A stretch of 64,000 nucleotides of DNA from positions 71,009,238 to 71,073,237 of the forward strand of contig NC_052146.1 of NCBI RefSeq assembly GCF_902713615.1, written 5' to 3'. A program made the translations under genes and the position numbers. Every line of letters starts with the position of its first letter. Position 1 is the first letter of the stretch. A model generated the notes under the pieces. It ran no database searches, was not told where the DNA came from, and was given only the letters and a program-made list of their open reading frames with translations. The DNA comes from Scyliorhinus canicula (taxonomy: Eukaryota). Positions 50,490 to 61,782 of this stretch are shown here, piece after piece.

Positions 50490-51870
50490 TTGAAAGTATG
50501 TATGTTCATATGAAAAAAGGGCAGAGTAGAGAAGCCAGGCATAGTGCCCAGTCCATTGAAGTTGAATATGCAGGACATTTTCCTGGATGCTTCAAGGAAC
50601 TCACAAGCATTAATTCGATTATTGTCCAATTGAAACCAGCTGATGAAGTATTGCTGATCAAGTTTCTCTAGCACCCTTATGTGTTACTAATGCAAAGTCC
50701 GGGATTCGGTGGAACAACCATCAAACTAAAAATGCTTGTGTATTTCTTGAAGCCAGGTGTACAGCATTCAGGAAAATCTCCTGCATAATCAACTTCAATG
50801 GACTGGCCACTATGTCAGGCTTCCCTGCTACGTTCTGCAACCGACTATAGTACATGAGCATGCTGACGACAACAGCTCATACACTAGGACATTCAATGGC
50901 CTGTGGAGGTCGGCATTGTGAAACATTCACTACTGTAGTTAATCGAAGGCTGAGCTGGTGCTGCGGATCCGATGTCAGATCTCTTCATCAGTGATGGCCT
51001 TTTGGGCAAGGTAGTATGGGAAGTGCTCAACACATTGCAAGAGTCTATCCTTCACCATAAATGGGAGCTGAAATATTTGGTTGATCAGGTATGAGTTCAG
51101 ATATTTGATTTATTTTGGCAATATTCAAGGGCAGGCCGAGTATCCTGTAGTGAAGAGATTGGGACTCAATTGTCAATCTGGTGCACAGTGGGCAAAGACA
51201 TTGCAGTCATCCACAAGCTGTAGATTTTGTATGTCTATGGCGGTCAATTTAATTTTGTCTCAGAGTGAGTGAGATTAAGGAGTTTCCATCTGGGCAGTGT
51301 TTAATAATGTCAATAAAGGTCAGTTGCTCTTTGATGAGGTGAATAGTCACTGTCAGCGATTGTAAGTACGATGTGGGCGATGTCGCAGCCTTGCTTCAAT
51401 GCAGTCTCGATTTTGATAGGGTCTGTTTCAGACCTCCCATTCAACACAGTTGCAGTCAGGTTATCACGGAACGATTTACAAAAATGTAATCAAGTGTCAT
51501 GGATATGCAAATCATTGGAACACAAGTCTGTAGAGTCTCACGATATACTCAGTCAACAATTTTGGTCCGGTTGTTGAAAGTTTTTGGTCTTTTCTGGACA
51601 CTGTTCTTGTATTTGTTTGGCAACAAAGACCCATGGTGGCGATTCCTCCGGAAGGCCTGAACCAACATGGTGTCACAGGAAGGATTCCCTCAGCCACTGG
51701 AAGTAGATGATTCAGGAAAATATGTGGCAGGACTTTACGTGCTGTGCTCAAGAAGAAAAAACCTTGATTGTTCCCACAGCATGCCCCCCCCCCCCCCCCC
51801 GCCCACCCCCCGCATGAAGATGGCTAGAATTGTCACGTTCCTGAAGACTGGGTTGGGGGGTGTAAGTCGA
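50490..51870 (-). mobile_element. RTE-clade LINE RT remnant
   Basis: Minus strand ...ETDPIKIETALKQGCDIAHIVL, matching the RTE-type TDPI..QTGVKQGCVIAPTLF. Confidence 0.6.
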
Positions 51871-52329
51871 GGATGGTGGTTATGCTTCAAATATGATTAA
51901 TCGCTTAATGGCACCATTGTCTCATGCAGATTTGACCGGATCTGCTTTGTCCCGACATATCTGGTCTTCTATCCTGCCCATCTCCTCTACCCCCTTTCCA
52001 CCTACATAATGTTGGACTTTTCTGCCTTTCTTCATTTCTGCAGAAGGATCACTTCGATTCGAAGCACAAACTGTGTTTCTCGCTACTGATGCTTCCAGAG
52101 CTGCTGAGTTTATCCAGCATTTTCTGTTTTTATTTCAGATTCCCTGCAGTCGCAGTACTTTGATTATATCAGATATATGAAGTGGTTAACAAAACTTCTG
52201 GGGACTGGAAGAACTTCCATATCCTCAGAGAATTTGGTTTAACATGACCCAAGTCTTGATTCTTATTAAATATTTATGAAGTTGGGAAGCATAAAGAGGT
52301 CGCAACCCTGATGCTGAGATTCTATAATA

Positions 52330-52745
52330 GAGGCACTGAAGGCTGTTATCAGGGGAGAAATCATCTCAATTCAGGCCCATAAGGAAAAGGCTGAGGGGAA
52401 GGAGTTAGACAGACTGGTAGGCAAAATTGTACAGGTGGACAGGAGGTATGCGGAGTCTCCGAATGACGGACTTTTGAAAGGCCGTCAGACACTGCAGTTA
52501 GAATTTGGGCTCCTGTCCACAGGTAAGGTGTTGGGACAGCTGAGGAGGGTAAGGGGGCGGGTTATGAATATGGGGAAAAGGCCAGTAGGATGCTGGCGCA
52601 CCAGCTGAGGAAACAGGTGGCGGCGAGAGAAAGGGAAAGCAATGGACACGGGGGAGGGCGGGGGGGAGGGGTTTGGACCCAGCGGGGGGGGTGAATGATG
52701 TATTTCGGGAGTTTTACAGTAAATTTTATACATCGGAATTTCCAC
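52330..52745 (+). mobile_element. L1 ORF2 internal fragment
   Basis: Decayed LKAVIRGEIIS...YEYGEKASRMLAHQLRKQ region. Confidence 0.75.
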
Positions 52746-53160
52746 AAGTAGAAACTTCATCAGGACAAAATATTAATTTGAAGTGATGATCAGTGAGGGT
52801 AAAATATCGACGCAGGACACCGAGGCTACATCCCCTGGTTTTCTTCCAATACGTTCATGTTTTTTTTTACATCAACCTGGGAGAATAGATGCCGATTGGT
52901 TTTGATGTCCCATCCAAACTATGGCTCAGTCTCCAGGTCAGGCTAAATACAATAAAGGCAATATTGTAAATATATGTAAATTCGTGTATGTGACCCGAAA
53001 ACAAAAGGTTATGTAACAGCATTTCTTTTGTTTCCAGACCATTCGGCATTCATCAATTTAATTGCAAATACGTGTAGTTCGGCAGTGAGGAAGGAGCTGA
53101 AGGGGTTATGGAGCGTATTGGGGGGGGTGGACTGGTGGAGGTTTGGGAGGCCCAGAATGA

Positions 53161-54177
53161 AGAAATTGTCATAATTCCACATGGGATTCAGTGCTCCCCT
53201 TTGCACTTATGTTCATAAGGAACACTGTCTCCACATCTACAGGATACACACCACATACACTCATGACCGGACGCCCTATGAAAGGTACAGAATTCCTTTT
53301 AGGACTGGACATGACAAGCCCCGAAGTGACGGCCCTCACACATGAAAAGGCAGTTAAAGATCTAGTTGAGACTGTGAGGTCTGCACAGATCGCAGCCGCA
53401 GTCCAGCTAGGGAAACGCCGACAGCAACGTACTGCCTGTTTCAATAAGACCGTACACACCACAGAATTCCAGGTTGGGCAACAGGTAATGTTATCTGTTT
53501 ATAACCCCAGCAGTTTTTTGGCTCCAAAATATTCCGGTCCCTACTCAATTTCGGACAAAATTAGCCCCTCCGTTTACAGGATAAAGTATCCTAATGGGAA
53601 GACCGCGTGGTTCCATATAAACCAGTTAAAGGCATATGGAACACAGGCCAACCATGCTCACCATGTCCTGCTGGATGCAGCAGAACACTTCACCCCGCCC
53701 ACCAGAGACACTTTTCCACCATCCCCCTCACAGACCAGTTCATCCACGGACTCGCCCACGACTCCGCCCACAGACCACGACAGACCACGCCCCGACACGC
53801 CCACAAGCTGCCACAGCAGAGACAGCAGGACTGACACTGACTCTGAAGACAGCGACAGCACACAGCCATACAGCCCACACTGCACCAGCTACGACCCCGA
53901 CTCCAGTGACCCCATGGAAGTCACCTACCTCAAATATCCAGAACCACCACCCGACCCCGACTACCCCGACAACACACTCGACACTACACAATGGCACAGG
54001 GACAATTCCTACAGACTTGTCCGCAATGATGAAAGTGACCCCCGGTCACACAATTCCAAAGTTTCATGCCTGATCCACACAAGGGTGTGGGATCCGGGAG
54101 AGCAGGACGACGCAATGTCTGAATCCCGACACGGCAACCCCTTTGTGACCCTGTTCACAGAGGCAGAATCAAAGTGA
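53161..54177 (+). CDS. Retroviral-type integrase, C-terminal half plus about 175-aa extension (5' truncated)
   Basis: WDSVLPFALMFIRNTVSTSTGYTPHTLMTGRPM (end of the IN core) and PKYSGPY...YRI...WFHINQLKAY (GPY/F-type C-terminal domain), then a P/T/S/D-rich tail. No internal stop. Confidence 0.88.
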   Translation, partial: RNCHNSTWDSVLPFALMFIRNTVSTSTGYTPHTLMTGRPMKGTEFLLGLDMTSPEVTALTHEKAVKDLVETVRSAQIAAAVQLGKRRQQRTACFNKTVHTTEFQVGQQVMLSVYNPSSFLAPKYSGPYSISDKISPSVYRIKYPNGKTAWFHINQLKAYGTQANHAHHVLLDAAEHFTPPTRDTFPPSPSQTSSSTDSPTTPPTDHDRPRPDTPTSCHSRDSRTDTDSEDSDSTQPYSPHCTSYDPDSSDPMEVTYLKYPEPPPDPDYPDNTLDTTQWHRDNSYRLVRNDESDPRSHNSKVSCLIHTRVWDPGEQDDAMSESRHGNPFVTLFTEAESK

Positions 54178-55109
54178 GGTGTCCAGATGATGTAAAATAG
54201 GAATCGTTTGAGGGAAACGATGTCCTTTCTGATGGAACCTGCACGTATGTTTGTCTTCATTTTATGTTTGTTTGTTTCCAGGATTGTAAATTGTTCAGCT
54301 GGAGGATGGACATCTTCTTTTCAGCTGAAAAGATTGTGACCACCTCACATACACGTTAGCTTGTCCGCAGATACCTTTGAGAACTTCGGTTTGATTGGAG
54401 ATCTTTTCCAAAGTTGTAAGGCCACACGCCAAATAGTTTATCTGCAGATATCTCTGAGAACTTCAGTGATGTCCTCAGTTGGAGCATCTTGGCTCCCTTG
54501 GTTTTTAGGTGCCCCTTATTCGGCGAAATAGAGGCTGCAAGTCATGATGAACACATTCGTACCCGTTTTTTCCAGGTTACTCAGGCAGTGGACAAACGGC
54601 ACTGAGGACCCGCCCTGTCTGAGAACCAACCCTTGGTCAGCCAAGCTCGGGTATGGCACAGCACGCCCTACCCGGGGATTCCATCCAACTCATACCCGTC
54701 GCGGCCCATACGCAACTCATTCGGATGTTTGTTTCAAAGTTGTTTTCATTTACGTTAGGTAGCCCTTCGGCCGCCATCCCACATGCTATTTACATCCGGG
54801 AACATTCGGATGGTAAATCAGCAAAGCCTGCGAGACGGCTCGCAGAAGGAAGGATTGTTAGGTGTATGCTGGTCTTCAAATTCGCTTTTTGAAAAAAAAA
54901 ATGAGGGGAGTCACAGGGTGTGACTTAGCCAGTCATTTTAAAGGGTCAATTGGGTTTTGAAAGACAGATGCACTAACAAGTAAAGGTCTTAAACTGTGTA
55001 TTGACAGATACTGTGCTTGATCCCAAAGGTTTCAAAGGACGAGACAGAGGTCGAAGCCAGGATTGTCAATACCGGAGGAAGAAGGAAGAGAAAGAAGAAG
55101 AACAGCAAA

Positions 55110-55466
55110 ATGATGGAAACCCACCTATTGTTTCTAAATGTCATGTGTATATGTGTGGAAACAAGACACGTTTCCCCCACAACCCCCACCGTAAATGTTT
55201 CAATTACAGCAAACCCCCAGTGCTCAGCTCTGATCAGCGAGGTTCAGACCTGGTGCACTAAATTCATGACGTGGTACTCCATGTCCTATATAATCGAATC
55301 ACTGTTGGTGATCGCGATCCTCATCATACTAGTGCAGACCCTCAGGTTGAGGAAATGGAAGAGGAGAGCCTCTCGTTCCAGCACCTCACCCATCTATAGA
55401 GTTCAATCCCCCATCTTCGGATTCCACCAAACCCCTCAACCCCTCACTGATTACAACACTCTGTAA
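55110..55466 (+). CDS. Small predicted type I membrane protein (118 aa) in the env position of the LTR element
   Basis: ATGATGG start. Hydrophobic N-terminus (HLLFLNVMCICV), NVS sequon, C38/C49 pair, TM YIIESLLVIAILIILVQTL, polybasic RLRKWKRR and C-terminal YNTL. Branch point CACTAAC (54971) and acceptor ttgacag (55007) lie upstream. Confidence 0.65.
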   Translation: MMETHLLFLNVMCICVETRHVSPTTPTVNVSITANPQCSALISEVQTWCTKFMTWYSMSYIIESLLVIAILIILVQTLRLRKWKRRASRSSTSPIYRVQSPIFGFHQTPQPLTDYNTL

Positions 55467-55796
55467 ATAAAAAATTCAGCCATGTATTATATTGTTCCAT
55501 ACTCGACTGCCGAGTTGGGAAGTGTGATGTTGTGGTGTGAATGGTTAAGGTTTTAGAGTGATGAAATGTTAAGTTAAGGTTAAGGTTAATAGTGATAGGT
55601 AGAGGTTCCCAGTTGTAGTAATGCATGTCCCTTTGACATAGGGCCAAGTAGAAATGTTAGTTAAAAATTTTTCTCTTCTTCCCATAGTTTAAGAATAGAG
55701 TAGAACAGGAACTGGCAAGAGGTCAGAACACAAGGAAGGCAACGTACATAGGTGATCCTTCACAATAGTATGATTGTGAGGATCACAAGGAGGGAA

Positions 55797-56743
55797 TGTA
55801 GCCATGCTGGCCACGCAAAATGGACACTGAGCCAAACTAAAATGGAAGACAGAAGGAAAAGCCTGTTTAGTGAGAACAGACAGCCTGCTCTCAACTAATT
55901 AGCATTTTGCAAGCAGCAAACCAGTTTTCTGGCCAGGTGCAGATCTCCAAGCCAAAGGTGTTAATGGCAAAGCGCTTAACATTCTGATGAGGCAGCCCAG
56001 ATCCAGGCACACACAATGGCAACATTTCCATCTCAATGTAACACTTAATTGGTTGTGCAAACAAGATGGCACCAGAGTAACGAATATCGAAACCACCCCC
56101 CAACATCGAAGGAAGCCCCCGCATTGGAGGATTTCGAAGGTAGCCGTTTGGAAACGCTCCAATCGGTACCGAAAGGTAGAGCCCGCCTAGAAGGGGGCAA
56201 GGACATTAGAGAGGGGTATAAAGGCAAATTCCCCACAGAGCCCGGTCTGTTAAACTCGTGCTCCGGCTCTGACTGACATCTTGCATCCTGACTCCAGCCG
56301 TTGAGCACCAGCCGCCGAAACCGTAAGTTCAACGCTCGCTACGCGATCCAAGCCCACTAGACCCCAAAGTACCAGAACGCTTGCTGAAGGCTGCAGTACA
56401 AGACCAGGACGAAGGCCTCGTTCTCTGACCTTGCCTGTTCCTGTTAGATAAGTATTCTGTTCACTTAAGTTTAGTTATAGCTTAGTCTCTTAGTGTGCAT
56501 GAGTATTTATTATAACTGTATAATAAATATTGATCGTTTGAACTTTACTAATCGGTGTATCGTCTTTATTACTTTGAACTTGACCTTGGAATACTTGTGA
56601 CGTTGTCTATACGGCAACTGGCGACTCCAGAGCTAAATAATTACATACAACAGAGCCTAGTAGTGTTAAGCACACGTCGAACTCGGAGGCGTGTTAATAC
56701 ACTCCAATAAACGCGTTTTACAACCACAGTAAAACGTGCAACA
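55797..56743 (+). mobile_element. 3' LTR (947 bp) of the retrovirus-like element
   Basis: TGT...ACA termini directly after the PPT. CCAAT 56159, TATAAA 56217, donor CC|GTAAGT 56323, AATAAA 56522. Homologous over its full length to 33026-33973. Confidence 0.92.
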
Positions 56744-58156
56744 CCCCCCCCCCCACACTAAGGCACTATCCATCTTTTTTTATATTAAAAAGGACAAGAA
56801 TCCGGAGCATTGTGGATTGTACCATCTGATATTGCAATTGTATGTAGATTGAAGTTGATGGTGAAGCTGTTGGCTTTGCGAATTGAGGACTGCGGTCCGG
56901 GGTGATAGGTGAGGACCAAGTGGGGTTTGTGAAAGGGGCTCAGTTGTCAGCAAATGTGTCGAATCTGCTTAATGCTGAATATGATGCCTCTGGAGGGCAG
57001 GAGGTGGAGGGGAGAGGCAATGGACGCAGAGAAGGATGGAGCCGGGCGGAGTTGGAATATTTGTGGGAGGTGCTGGGGTGGTTTGGGTCTGGGCAGCGTT
57101 TTGTGACCTGGGTCCAGTTCCTGTACAAAGCACTGGTCACAATTGTGTGGATGAACCGAATGAGTGTGGGACATTTTGGGCTGCATTGGGGGATAAGGCA
57201 GCAGTGCCCACTCTCCACATTGCTTTTTACTTTGACTATAGAGCCATTGGCAATGGTGCTTAGAGCATTGAAGGATTGGAAAGTGATTGCGCATGGGGGT
57301 ATGAAGCATAGGGTTTTGTTGTAGATGAACGACGTGCTGTAATATATATCTGGCCCATTGGGTGGCATCGAGAGCATTATGGGGATTTTGGAGGACTTTG
57401 GCTGGTTCTTTGCGTACAAGTTGAACACAGGAAACAGTGTGGTGATCCCGATTGAGGCTAGAGGGCAGGAGAGGAGGTTAGGGGGCTGCCGTTCAAGGTA
57501 GTGGGGACGAGCTTCAAATCCTTGGGCATCCAGGTCATGCAAGGTGGGGCGCAGTTGCTCATGGTAAATTTGACTCGTCTGGTCGAACAGATGAAGGGGA
57601 ACTTCAAGAGATGGGGTGTGCTGCAAAGATAATGGTGCTGCCAATGTTCCTGTTCATACTTCAGAATCTCACGATCTTTGTCCTGAAGTTGTGCTTTAAA
57701 AATGTTAATCCGCTGCCCTCTGGCTTTGTTTGGGCAGAGAAGACCCCGTGGGAAAAAGGGCTTTTTTGGAGCTGGATTGAGGAGGGGGCGGTGGGGGGGG
57801 GGGGGTGTTGCAGAGTAATCTTTATTAGTGTCACATAGGCTTACATTAAACCTGCAATGAAGTTACTGTGAAAAAACCCCAGTCACCACAATCCGGCGCC
57901 TGTTTGGATACACTGAGGGAGTATTCAGAATGTCCAATTCACCTAACACGCACATCTTTCGGGACTTGTGGGAGGACACCAGAGAAAACGGGGCAGTAAA
58001 CATCACCATGGTGAGGGAATGGGTAGTGGGGCAGGGATTGGCATGGTTGGGGGGTGGGGTTTGGAGGCGATTCTTGTGGATGCACGAGCATAAGGGCATT
58101 GTTAACAGTGGCTCTGCTGCACTCGCCGGCCAGGTACTCCATGCACCCAGTGGTGA

Positions 58157-58926
58157 TGTAGCCATCTAAGATGGCCACCTGCAAAGGACCATGGCCATTA
58201 TGGCCAACCCAGGACTCAGACAGATACAGAGTCTATGTGTATCTGAATCACAGATAACCAGGCCTGGTCGAAACCCCCGCTCGTTGCATTTCAGTGGCCC
58301 ATTTTCTCAGGACAATACAACTCCAATCAAGCAACCGGTACAGCCACAGACTGATCGGCGCCACTCCCTTTACTCAGAAAGCCCAACTGCCAAGGTCAAT
58401 GACCACTAAGGACCCGCCCAGCTATCAAGGCACCCGCCCCTTTATTGGCCAAAATCAAATCGAAGACAGTGACCAGAGCCCTGCCGAACTATTGGCTCCA
58501 AGGTTAAGGACCGCCCCAAAGAGCGCAAAATCACAGGGGGATAAAAGAGGACACAGCCATGTGTTCTCTCTCTTTTGGATCCGGCCTGTGCCAGCCCAAT
58601 TGCAGCAGGAACAGCCAGCTAAGTTCAAGACCAACGACCGCTACCCGACGGATGAGCCCAGCAGAGACAGAGCCACTTTCTTCGAACCAGTCAAGTGAAA
58701 TCCGGATTAAGGCCTTATCCATTTGCACAGTGCCGGTCGCCCTGAAGTTAAGTATAGGTTATTGTAGCTGATAGGTGCAGTTTAACTCGTAGTAGATATT
58801 GTTTTTGCATGTCGACATTACTCTTGTGTATGTAAATAAATAATCTTTTGAACTAACTGGTTGTGTGATCATTTGATCGATATAAGGGAAGGCTTGTGGT
58901 TCACCAACATTATTAGTAGAGCAACA
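58157..58926 (+). mobile_element. Solo LTR (770 bp), more distant relative
   Basis: TGTAGCCATC...GCAACA termini and AATAAA at about 58834. Flanks GTGA/GTGT form a 4-bp TSD with one mismatch. Splits an L1 ORF2 reading SPVV-VSAL. Confidence 0.82.
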
Positions 58927-60506
58927 GTGTTGTCGGCCTTGAGTGATTGGGGACAGTAGAGGAAGCATTTTGGACTAGAGGGCACTTCGGCGTGGGCACT
59001 GAACTGCGACAATTATAAGGTTGCACCGGAGGGGCTGGATGCAAGGTTTCAGGGTGGCAGCAGGCAGGGATTCAGTGATTTGGTGACCTGTTTGTAAGGG
59101 GCAGTTTCACAAAATTGGAGGCCCTGGAGGAAGAGTATGAGGTGCCCAGGTGGAACAACTTCAGGCCCCTGTAGGTTCAGGGTTTTGTGAAGAGAGATGT
59201 ACTGTCCTTCCCTGGGTCACCGCCCTTGGGATTTCAGCACAAGGTGCTGTCAAAGGAGGAGATAGGGGAGCGGACGGTGTCTACAAGGAGCTAATGGATT
59301 GGGGGTGGGGGTGGTGGAGGATACACAGTCAAAGTGGGGGGAGGAGCTGGGTGGAGACCTGTACACCGGGACGTGGTTTGCGGCCCTGCAGAGGGTCAAT
59401 GCATCCTCTTTGTGTGCGAGGTTAAGCCTTATCGGTTTAAAGTACTTCACTGGGCGCATATGACAGTAGCGCAGATGAGTACGTTTTTTGAGGGGGAGAG
59501 GGTAGCTGCGAGCAGTGCATGGAGAGGCCTGCAAATCATGACCACAGGTTTGGGGCATGTCTGAAGCTAAATGGGTTCTGCCAGTGATTTGCCGATGTAA
59601 TGTCCGCAGAGCTGGGGTGAAGGTGGCCCTAGTCCAGAGGTAATGCTCTTCGGAAGACCCGGGAATCCAGGGGGCCAGAGAGGCCGACGTATTGGCCTCT
59701 GCCTCCCTTATAGCCCAGAGGCGGAACTTACTTGGATGGAGGGACTCGGAACCGCTATAATCGGGGGAGGGGGGTGAGTCATGTGGTAGAATTACTGAGG
59801 CTGTAGAAGGTCACGTTCGTCTTGAGGGGGTCAGTTGTGGCGTTCGCCCGGAGGTAGAAGCCGTTCGTTGACTTCTTTAAGGAGGATTGAGGAGTCAGCA
59901 AAAGGCGAGGGGGTGGGGAGGGGGTTAAAATAGGGAAGACAGTATAGGAGGAGGGGGCGAGAGTGGGGACCAGGTGGGGGAGTGGATGTTGGTTATTTAT
60001 AATGCTGTATAATTTTGCTTCGGCTTCGGTTTGTTTTTTTTATGAAAATGCCTCAATAAAATGTTTTTGAAGAAGGAAACACATGTAGCTGCCGTTTAGC
60101 TATTATTATCAGAGAAAGAGTTCCTCAGGCGAGTACATCAGAGATGCAGGCATGTGCAGGTTACAGGACAGTGGCTGATCAAACAGCTCATTGGCTAATA
60201 TGCTACACAATTGAATATGGATATTATTGGGATTGTGACGAATCACCAATCACGCGCACAAACTAAGGAAGGATTGAACCCGCGCATTGTTTCTGGTAAA
60301 ATATTGCGAAGAGCTTTTAATCTCGCTTTAATAAACCACTTTAACTTGTGATTGATCTACATGGATGAAACCAATTTCAACAAAATTCTTGCCTAATTCC
60401 TTGGCTAGCAATCAACACCAGAAAATACGAAATGCCTGGACATAAGAACATAAGGAATAGGAGCAGGATAATGGATTTTGGCCTTTCGAGACTGTTGCGC
60501 TATTCT

Positions 60507-60712
60507 GCGTGGGTTTCCTCTGGGTGCTCCGGTTTCCACCCACAGTCCAAAGACGTGCAGATTAGGTGGATTGGCCATGATAAACTGCCCTCAGTGACCA
60601 AAAAAGGGCAGATGGGGTTATTGGGTTACGGGGATCGGGTGGAAGTGAGGGCTTAAGCGGGTTGCTGCAGACTCGATGGGCCAAATAGCCTCCTTCTGCA
60701 CTGTATGTTCCA
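60507..60712 (+). mobile_element. 5'-truncated V-SINE
   Basis: V-domain and tail; absent at the homologous copy-1 site (about 14037). Confidence 0.85.
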
Positions 60713-61782
60713 TGTTTATCACTGACCATCCACCTCAACTCCACCTTCCTGTGCTAGCCCCAAATTCTAGGGCTTTTTGCCTACTACTGATGTTAGCTCA
60801 ACTGGCTAGCAATTCCCCACATGATGTATTCCTCCTTTTTTCTAATTACATGGTTGTGCCTGCTCTGTGGCAGTCCTTGGAAATTCTAGGATCTATGGAT
60901 TTTGGAAGCTCGATATCATTGTATCTCTACAGCTACCTCGCTCAAAAAGCCGAACATGCAGGTCGTCACAATTCATTCAGATTAATTTCAGCTGTGCTAC
61001 TTACTAACATATACTGATCCCTTTAATGCATTCATTTTTGCTAAAGCATTGGTTCCTGATCATTTTTGGCGTGTTTTCCTAATGGAGATTCATCTTCATT
61101 GAAGATAGGATCAGGAGGAGGCCTTGTGGCCCTTCGAGCCTGCTCCGCCATTTATCACGAAAATGGCTGATCATTGAACTCAATCGCCTAATCCTCCTTT
61201 CTCCCTGGAGCCTTTGATCACATTCGCCCAAGTGATATATCTAGCCGCCTCTTCAATATATTCAATGTTTCAGCATCAACTATAGCTAACAGATAGCTAG
61301 AATCTGTTTAATGTCTCTGCTATTTTCTTAATTCCATTATGATTTCACTATCTTTTGCCTTAATATTTCCACATTCATAAATCCCTGCCTCTTGATATAT
61401 ATTTCGAAAATCTTAGCATCTGTATTTGTGTCTCGTGTTCATCCACTCTTTCCTCTTACCGTTCGAATTTTTTGGTCCTCGTTTCTGAATTCTAAAATAA
61501 ACTCTTAATCATCGACCATATAATTGTTTTGGAAACACGAACACACAGTCACACGGACGGGCGCACACACACACTCTCACACAGACATACTTTCACTGTT
61601 TGGACAGGGTGAACAGATATTTCACCGACTCCATAACAGTGGCGGAATTGTTTTCCAGGCAGCCTTGTGCACTCTTTATTGCGTGATCCTGAATAATACC
61701 TGAAACGTATTAGATTTGACTGATATTACAAAAGCAATAAATGATACCAAAACTCATATTGTATTTGATCTCAGACCAGTTA

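Larger units (their letters stand above)
53167..56743 (+). mobile_element. 5'-deleted retrovirus-like LTR element (integrase 3' half, accessory region, PPT, 3' LTR)
   Basis: Integrase ORF, a small TM ORF, purine tract AAGGAGGGAA (55787-55796) and a 947-bp LTR TGTAGCCA...GCAACA. Embedded in L1 sequence. Confidence 0.88.
53080..60076 (+). mobile_element. L1/Tx1-like LINE (F), host of the retrovirus-like element, a solo LTR and a SINE fragment
   Basis: EN piece 53080-53166, RT resuming at 56744 and 3' end near 60070. Degenerate TSD aaatacgtgtagtt/aaacacatgtagct. The site is empty in copy 1 (9830-9845). Confidence 0.85.

Noticed and set aside
55983-56100. CTGATGAG in the LTR as a possible retrozyme hammerhead
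   Set aside because: No stem II followed by GAAA at a workable distance.
56615-56632. CAAC-TGGCGAC as an LTR end plus PBS
   Set aside because: The CGAT TSD of the solo copy shows the LTR continues about 125 bp further to GCAACA, so this is an internal U5 motif.
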